DNA of 64,000 nucleotides from Myxococcota bacterium (lineage in GTDB: Bacteria > Myxococcota_A > UBA9160 > JAFDDA01), in the NCBI GenBank assembly GCA_965228475.1, contig OZ245817.1, positions 32,001 through 96,000 on the forward strand, written 5' to 3'. The notes beneath the pieces are model-generated. The model saw only the letters and a program-made list of their open reading frames with translations, was not told the origin of the DNA and made no database searches. This document shows positions 59,101 to 64,000 of the stretch, piece by piece (within the stretch, counting starts at the first letter, position 1; each line of letters opens with the position of its first letter). The position numbers and the translations under genes are program-made.

Positions 59101-59340
59101 GCCACCGACCTCGCCGATGGCGGCTGCGAGAACGCGGCCTCGAACATCGAGAACCCGCAGTGCGACGACGGCGTCAACAACGACACCGACGGCCTGGTGG
59201 ACTTCGGGGGCGACCCGGACTGCATCTCGTCCTTCGACAACATGGAAGCCGCGAGCTCGGGCTGCGGCCTCATGGGCGTCGAGGCCCTGCCGCTGCTCGG
59301 CCTGCTCGGCTGGCGCCGGCGCCGGGCGCGCCGCGCCTAG
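56140..59340 (+). CDS. YncE-like beta-propeller plus di-heme cytochrome c domain, acidic repeats and C-terminal anchor
   Basis: FESGPVRP propeller start; CSSCH (about 57736) and CEGCH (about 58298); KGPMTTQTLRG; two CNDG repeats; GCGLMGVE tail. Confidence 0.88.
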   Translation: MPSMSFTRWFLVLTAMLFTASAQAQSFHAFESGPVRPMALSPDSARLYVVNTPDNRLEIFNVGNGGIFHAGSVPVGMEPVAVAARTNNEVWVVNHLSDSISIVDDDRSNPKVGRTLLTGDEPRDIVFSGNGRAFVTTAHRGQQRMHGSISGVTGAGDPQITTEGVGRADVWVFDPASLGATVGGTPLEIITLFGDTPRALAVSPDGNTVYAGVFHSGNQTAVVLETAVCNGFAGAGACGGDGIVSPNGLAGGNLPGGNPGPSAIATGPDAGVTAPETGLIVQYDNASGEWRDELGRNWSNGIRFNLPDHDVFAINATTLNQTDDYEHVGTILFNMVTNPVSGKVYVTNTDAQNLTRFEGPGGGGSTVQGNLAQSRITVITPGSGLVEPRHLNKHINYGVTPAPAGTENHSLATPLEMAINSAGTTLYVAAFGSSKVGVFDTATLENDTFDPTVQSASYVDITGGGPGGLVLDEARNRLYVFTRFDNGVSVVNTTTGTEVYHLNFPNPEPASITDGRFMLYDALATSSNGEASCSSCHIFGDFDSLAWDLGDPDGEIGSNPNTINLNIAAGDQNGGADNDEFHPMKGPMTTQTLRGMANSGHMHWRGDRADGFFGNDTANNNDEDLSFRNFIVAFEGLVGDDVPATNAQRQADMQAFADFQLQVLLPPNPLRNLDNADASDQLPGTDIGFARQIYVGNGPNDCSDGVCTFPFLIGVTGFTCEGCHTLNPSQGFFGTDGTMSFENEVQIFKIPHTRNMYQKVGMFGLPDGSFFDIADNQHTGDQVRGTGFLHDGSVDTIFHFFRADVFANSGGNNSGFQNDSQRRDMEAFMLAFDTDLAPVVGQQVTLNSTTLPLGDTTTRLTLLETRAGAAFASQVLGGSTTECDLVVKGLVGGVMRGWLYDPVANSYEPDSTGEPDVSRASLETLANTAGQELTFTCVPPGAGVRVALDRDEDGVLDFDELAALTDPNNPGSVAGACNDGIDNDGDGATDLADGGCENAASNIENPQCDDGVNNDTDGLVDFGGDPDCISSFDNMEAASSGCGLMGVEALPLLGLLGWRRRRARRA

Positions 59341-59359
59341 GGCGGAGCCGCAAAGGAAG

Positions 59360-59400
59360 AACGGGGCGTCGGTCGAAAGACCGGCGCCCCGTTTCGTTTC
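59360..59400. terminator. Intrinsic terminator, probably bidirectional
   Basis: 15-bp stem AACGGGGCGTCGGTC-GAAA-GACCGGCGCCCCGTT with a T-rich tail, between convergent genes. Confidence 0.85.
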
Positions 59401-59425
59401 AGGCGTTGGGGATGCTGGCCCGCGG

Positions 59426-60130
59426 CTAGTCGCGGCGGCCGAGCAGGCCGAGCCGCGATGCCCAGTAGAGCAGGGTCATCAGCGACGTGGCGAAGGCGGC
59501 GACGTAGGTCATGGCCGCCGCGTTCAGCACCTTCCTCGCACCGTCGTGCTCCTCCTCCGTGACGTAGCGGCCGTCGAGCGCCACCAGGGCCCGGCGGCTC
59601 GCGTCGAACTCGACGGGCAGGGTGACGAGCGTGAAGAGGGTCGTGGTGGCGAACAGGCCCACGCCGGCGATGGCGAGGGTCCCGCCGAGGGCGGTCTCCA
59701 TGCCGCCCATGAAGAAGGCGGCGATGATCACGAAGATCGAGATGTTGCCGCCGGTGCTGGCGACCGGAACCCAGGCCGAGCGGAAGCGCAGCGGGGCGTA
59801 GCCCCGCGCGTGCTGGATGGCGTGGCCGACCTCGTGGGCCGCGACGCCGAAGGCCGCCATGCTGCGGCCCCCGTACACCGGCTCCGAGAGCCGGAGCATC
59901 TTGTTGCGCGGGTCGTAGTGGTCCGAGAGCTGTCCGGGGACGGGCTCGACGGTGACGTCGTGGATGTCGTTGTCGCGCAGGATCGCGCGGGCCACCTCCG
60001 CTCCGGTCATCTGGGAGCGGGTGCCGAGCTGGCTGTACTTGGCGAAGCGGCTCTTCACGAGCCAGTTCGCGCCGAGGGAGAGCACCATGCCGGCGCCCAT
60101 GACGAGCAGGTAGAGCGGGTCGAAAATCAT
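59426..60130 (-). CDS. Neutral zinc metallopeptidase (YugP family)
   Basis: LSDHYDP, AAHEVGHAIQ, TLPVEFDASRRA, AAAMTYVA. Confidence 0.93.
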   Translation of the reverse strand: MIFDPLYLLVMGAGMVLSLGANWLVKSRFAKYSQLGTRSQMTGAEVARAILRDNDIHDVTVEPVPGQLSDHYDPRNKMLRLSEPVYGGRSMAAFGVAAHEVGHAIQHARGYAPLRFRSAWVPVASTGGNISIFVIIAAFFMGGMETALGGTLAIAGVGLFATTTLFTLVTLPVEFDASRRALVALDGRYVTEEEHDGARKVLNAAAMTYVAAFATSLMTLLYWASRLGLLGRRD

Positions 60131-60137
60131 GCCGCGA

Positions 60138-60165
60138 AATATGGAGCGATCCCGGGGCGTGTCAA
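60138..60165 (-). promoter_or_regulatory. Sigma70 promoter, leaderless configuration
   Basis: TTGACA-N16-CATATT, then 7 nt to the ATG at 60130. Confidence 0.65.
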
Positions 60166-60185
60166 ATCGCCCCGGGAGGGGGGCG

Positions 60186-61055
60186 TCAGGCGCCCTGGGG
60201 GGCCGGCTCGAGCAGGAGGGTCGCCACGCCGTGGGTCGGTTCGCGCACGGTCAGCACGCGGGTTCCGGGCTTTCGCCCGGTTCTCACCTCCGAGACGTCG
60301 AAGCCGGCATCGAGGAGCCGCGTGCGGGCCGCGTCGAGGTCCCGGACGCGCCAGGAGAGTCCCCAGAAGAAGTCGGCCTCGGGGCGGGTCTTCGGGTCGA
60401 GGGGCGCGGCGACCTCCACGGTCACGCCGCCGACGCGGAAGAAGAGCAGGCGCATGCCCCACTGCTCGAAGGTCCGGTCGAGCGCCAGGCGCAGGCCGAG
60501 GGCCTCGCCGTAGAGCGCGATCATCGCCTCGGGGTCCGTGGTCTGGACGACGGCGTGGTCGAGCCCGAAGACCGTGGCGGCCTCCTCGCCGCCGGGCGCG
60601 GCTGGGGGGAGGATCTCGGGCGGCGAGAGGTGCTGGATCGGGAAGAGCAGCACGCCGCGCGTCCGCGAGAGCGGAAGGGGAACCCGGAGCCACTCGCGGA
60701 AGGCGCCGGACTCGACGTCCCGGCCGAGGCCCTTCTCGATGGCTTCGGGCTCGAGCCCGCGTGCTTCCAGGGTCTTCCTTGCCTCTTCCGCGTCGTCGGT
60801 GCCGAAGGCGAGCCCGATCGGGCCGTCGCCGCGGGCCTCGAGCACGGCCCGCAGCGCCTCGCCCGTCGGCCCCGCCCCCTCGGGCGCGAGCAGCTCGAGG
60901 TAGGTGTTCTCGAGGCGGAAGAGCGTGTTGGCCGTTCCCTCGCCGGCGTGTTCGCCGCGCCAGGAGGGCCGCCGGCCGAGTAGACTGGCGTAGCAGCGGG
61001 TGGCGGCTTCGAGGTCCGAGACCGCGACGATGACGTGGTCGAGACTCGTCAGCAT
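60186..61055 (-). CDS. VOC/glyoxalase family protein (two domains)
   Basis: [10 protein letters not shown]...YLEL and a second LDHAVV module. Confidence 0.9.
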   Translation of the reverse strand: MLTSLDHVIVAVSDLEAATRCYASLLGRRPSWRGEHAGEGTANTLFRLENTYLELLAPEGAGPTGEALRAVLEARGDGPIGLAFGTDDAEEARKTLEARGLEPEAIEKGLGRDVESGAFREWLRVPLPLSRTRGVLLFPIQHLSPPEILPPAAPGGEEAATVFGLDHAVVQTTDPEAMIALYGEALGLRLALDRTFEQWGMRLLFFRVGGVTVEVAAPLDPKTRPEADFFWGLSWRVRDLDAARTRLLDAGFDVSEVRTGRKPGTRVLTVREPTHGVATLLLEPAPQGA

Positions 61056-61120
61056 GTGCGGAGCATCGCACGCCGAACACCCGTCGCGCTACGCCCGGCC
61101 ACCCACCCGAGGAGGAATCG

Positions 61121-61999
61121 ATGATCTCTGCCGAGGAACGCTACGAGAAGAAGTTCGTCACCGTGAAGGGCAAGCGCATGGCGTACGTCGAGGTCGGCGA
61201 GGGCGCGCCGATCGTGTTCCTGCACGGGAATCCGACTTCTTCTTATCTGTGGCGCAACGTGATCCCGCACCTCGCGGACCAGGGGCGCTGCATCGCGCCG
61301 GACCTGATCGGCATGGGGGATTCCGAGAAGCTCGAGGACAGCGGCCCCGACCGCTACCGCTTCGTCGAGCACCGCGAGTACCTGGACGGTCTGCTCGAGG
61401 CCGTCGGCGTCAGCGCGGACGTGACCCTCGTGGTCCACGATTGGGGCTCGGCCCTCGGCTTCGACTGGGCCAACCGGCACCGCGACGCCGTGCGCGGCAT
61501 CGCCTACATGGAAGGGATCGTGCGCCCGGTCTCGTGGTCCCAGTGGCCCGACGCCGCCCGCGACATCTTCCAGGCCTTCCGCTCCCCGGCCGGCGAAGAG
61601 ATGGTGCTCGAGAACAACGTGTTCGTGGACCGCGTCCTTCCCGGCTCGGTCCTGCGCGGGCTGACGGACGAGGAGCAGGCGGTCTACCGGCGCCCCTTCG
61701 CGGAGCCCGGCGAGAGCCGCCGTCCGACGCTCACCTGGCCGCGCCAGATCCCCATCGACGGCGAGCCGGCGGACGTGGTGAAGATCGTCTCGGACTACGC
61801 CGAGTGGCTCGCCGAGGCTCCGGTGCCGAAGCTCTTCATCAACGCCGAGCCCGGCGCGATCCTGATCGGCGAGCAGCGCGAGTTCTGCCGCTCCTGGCCG
61901 AACCAGACCGAGGTGACGGTGCCCGGCATCCACTTCATCCAGGAAGATTCGCCCGACGAGATCGGCCAGGCGATCGCGAGCTGGCGGAAGGGCCTCTAG
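61121..61999 (+). CDS. Haloalkane dehalogenase (LinB/DhaA-type)
   Basis: [41 protein letters not shown]. Confidence 0.95.
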   Translation: MISAEERYEKKFVTVKGKRMAYVEVGEGAPIVFLHGNPTSSYLWRNVIPHLADQGRCIAPDLIGMGDSEKLEDSGPDRYRFVEHREYLDGLLEAVGVSADVTLVVHDWGSALGFDWANRHRDAVRGIAYMEGIVRPVSWSQWPDAARDIFQAFRSPAGEEMVLENNVFVDRVLPGSVLRGLTDEEQAVYRRPFAEPGESRRPTLTWPRQIPIDGEPADVVKIVSDYAEWLAEAPVPKLFINAEPGAILIGEQREFCRSWPNQTEVTVPGIHFIQEDSPDEIGQAIASWRKGL

Positions 62000-62014
62000 A
62001 CGGCCGGCTCTGGA

Positions 62015-63523
62015 CTAGGCGAGCGCCTCGCCGAGGGCGGCGACGAGGTCTGCGACGTCCTCGGCCCGCTCGGCCACGCCGAACACGAGGTTGTCCGGCC
62101 GCGTCACGAAGGCGTGGATCCCCTGCGCCTCGAAGAAGGACTTGGCGCGCCCTTCCGCATCGACGAGCCGCCGGGCTCCGGCCGGCGCGCCACCGGTCTC
62201 GTCGCTCCACACGGCGACGGTTCCCTCGAACCCGCGCAAGGCTTCGGGTGGGACGCTCTCGTCGCGCAGGATCAGCCGGAAGCCGCCGCCCGTGGCGTCG
62301 TCCATCAGGGTCTCGCCTCCCTCGTCGCGGACGCGGTACTGCGGCGCGAGCCGTCCGACGAGCGCGTGGCTGCCCGCGCGGAAGCAGCCGGGTCCGGCGG
62401 GGGGAAGGGAGGTGTCGGGCCGCTCGCCCCGCTCCTTCTGGGCGAGCATCTGTTCGTCGCGGACGGCGGCCAGGGCCGGGTCCTGGGTGCAGATGATCTT
62501 CCCGGCCTCGACGGCGCGTTCGATGTACTCGCGCACGTGGGGCTCGCGCTCGCTGCCGTAGGCTTCGAGCAGGGCCGCGCTCGAGCGGCCGGCGAGCACG
62601 CGGTCGAGCTTCCAGGCGAGGTTCGCCGCGTCGCGGATGCCCGCGCACATGCCCTGGCCGAGGAAGGGCGGCGTCTGGTGCGCGGCGTCGCCGGCGAGCG
62701 CGACGCGTCCGCGCAGCCAGTCGCGCGCGACGATGGCGTGGAAGCGGTAGACGGCCGAGCGGATGATCTCCACGGAGTCCGGGTCGAGCCAGTTCTCGAG
62801 CAGGGCGCGCAGGGTCTCCGGCCGCCGCATCTCGTCGTCGTGCTCGTCCTCGCGGAGCATGAACTCGAAGCGGTAGAAGTCGAGCGCTCCGGGGACGAGG
62901 GTCGTCGGCCGGGCCGGGTCGCAGTGCTGGACGGCGAAGTCGGGCAGGCCGCGTGCGCCGCGGAGGTCGACGACCATCCACGGCTCGTCGAAGCCGAGGT
63001 CCTCGAGTTCCATGCCGAGCTGCGTGCGCACGCGGCTCGCGGCGCCGTCGCAGCCGACGGCGTAGCGGGCGCGCACCTCGCTGCCGTCGGCGAGGGTGAG
63101 GCTCACGCCTTCCTCGTCCGGGCGGATCGTCTCGAGGCCCGCGTAGCGGACCTCGACGCCATCGTGCTCGAGGGCCGCGGTGCGGAGCTCCTTCTCGAGA
63201 CTCGGCTGGTGGAACATGTAGTCGCTGGCCCAGCCCTGATCGTTGTCGGTGTCCATGGAGAGGTTCAGGAGGATCCGGCGGTCCGCCGTCCAGAACTCGC
63301 AGCGGCGCGGGACCCGGGTGAAGGGGAGGAGCCGCTCGGTGAGACCCATCCCCTGGAAGATGCGCATGACCTCGCAGTCGAAGTGGACCGCGCGGGGGAG
63401 CTGGTAGACCTCCTCCTCGCGCTCGAGGACCAGGATGCGGTGGCCGGCCTGGCCCAGGAGGCCCGCCAGGGCGGCTCCGGTGGGCCCGAAGCCGACGATC
63501 GCGACGTCGTAGGGTTGGGTCAT
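62015..63523 (-). CDS. FAD-dependent monooxygenase (MhpA-like hydroxylase)
   Basis: ATG at 63523; GFGPTG, LPRAVHFD, GCDG, GDAAHQTPPFLGQGMCAGIRD. Confidence 0.92.
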   Translation of the reverse strand: MTQPYDVAIVGFGPTGAALAGLLGQAGHRILVLEREEEVYQLPRAVHFDCEVMRIFQGMGLTERLLPFTRVPRRCEFWTADRRILLNLSMDTDNDQGWASDYMFHQPSLEKELRTAALEHDGVEVRYAGLETIRPDEEGVSLTLADGSEVRARYAVGCDGAASRVRTQLGMELEDLGFDEPWMVVDLRGARGLPDFAVQHCDPARPTTLVPGALDFYRFEFMLREDEHDDEMRRPETLRALLENWLDPDSVEIIRSAVYRFHAIVARDWLRGRVALAGDAAHQTPPFLGQGMCAGIRDAANLAWKLDRVLAGRSSAALLEAYGSEREPHVREYIERAVEAGKIICTQDPALAAVRDEQMLAQKERGERPDTSLPPAGPGCFRAGSHALVGRLAPQYRVRDEGGETLMDDATGGGFRLILRDESVPPEALRGFEGTVAVWSDETGGAPAGARRLVDAEGRAKSFFEAQGIHAFVTRPDNLVFGVAERAEDVADLVAALGEALA

Positions 63524-63616
63524 GGCAGTCGCCCTCCTGGGCCGGTCTGGGGGTTGCGCCGGCCGTTGGTCAGATGTATAACCTGTTTGGTCGAACGAGT
63601 AAACCCCGGAGCCGCG

Positions 63617-64000
63617 ATGCCGTCCCGAGCCCGAGCCCACCAGAGCGAAGAAGACCAGCGCGAGAGCCGGGAGCGCATCCTGGCGGCCGCCCTCGAGGCG
63701 TTCTCCGAGCGCGGCTTCGACGGGGCCACCACCCGCGACATCGCCCAGCGCGCGGACGTCAACCTGGGCCTCATCCAATACTACTTCGAGGGCAAGGAGA
63801 ACCTCTGGCACGCCGCCGTCGAGCGGGCCTTCGCCGATCTCCACCTCGGCCTCGACCGGGTGCTCGCCGAGGACAGCGATCTGGACGCCCGCGAACGCGC
63901 GCGCCGCATGATCCGCACCTTCGTCCGGTTCGTGGCCGGGAAGCCCGAGTTCGTCCGCATCATGCACGACGAAGGCAAGCGCGACGGACCGCGCATGCGC
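63617..64000 (+). CDS. TetR-family regulator (runs off the window end)
   Basis: Manual translation: RERILAAALEAFSERGFDGATTRDIAQRADVNLGLIQYYFEGKENLW. Confidence 0.92.
   Translation, partial: MPSRARAHQSEEDQRESRERILAAALEAFSERGFDGATTRDIAQRADVNLGLIQYYFEGKENLWHAAVERAFADLHLGLDRVLAEDSDLDARERARRMIRTFVRFVAGKPEFVRIMHDEGKRDGPRMR

Noticed and set aside
63564..63600. Tandem TTGGTC half-sites as TetR operators
   Set aside because: Plausible position, but the palindromy is too weak to support a call.

Overview
High-GC bacterial chromosome window. A Myxococcota-like lineage is inferred from gene content only. Most of it is housekeeping or metabolic: feoAB with a Fur-like box, gpsA, a complex I operon nuoA-E-F-G-H-J-K-L-M-N lacking nuoB/C/D/I, a MacAB-type ABC exporter, serS-selB, acyl-CoA enzymes, a GST-omega enzyme, a FadR/diiron/TauD cluster, a cluster of secreted surface proteins, a haloalkane dehalogenase and an MhpA-like monooxygenase. 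The standout is a lower-GC block at about 3.4-11.9 kb. It looks like an iSTAND-MoxR-vWA ternary conflict system that carries cell-division modules: an FtsB-like peptide, a DUF4062-iSTAND protein, a MoxR AAA+ ATPase, a 1613-aa vWA-type protein with an FtsL-like segment and a C-terminal FtsI/PBP3 that lacks all three transpeptidase motifs, and an FtsW-like SEDS gene. Secondary observations: three gene junctions bridged by duplication-derived mini-ORFs, several apparently leaderless promoters, a two-gene lower-GC islet next to a perfect 23-bp hairpin, and a shared GCGLxGxE C-terminal sorting-like motif. All family calls come from recognising motifs by eye; no database searches were run.
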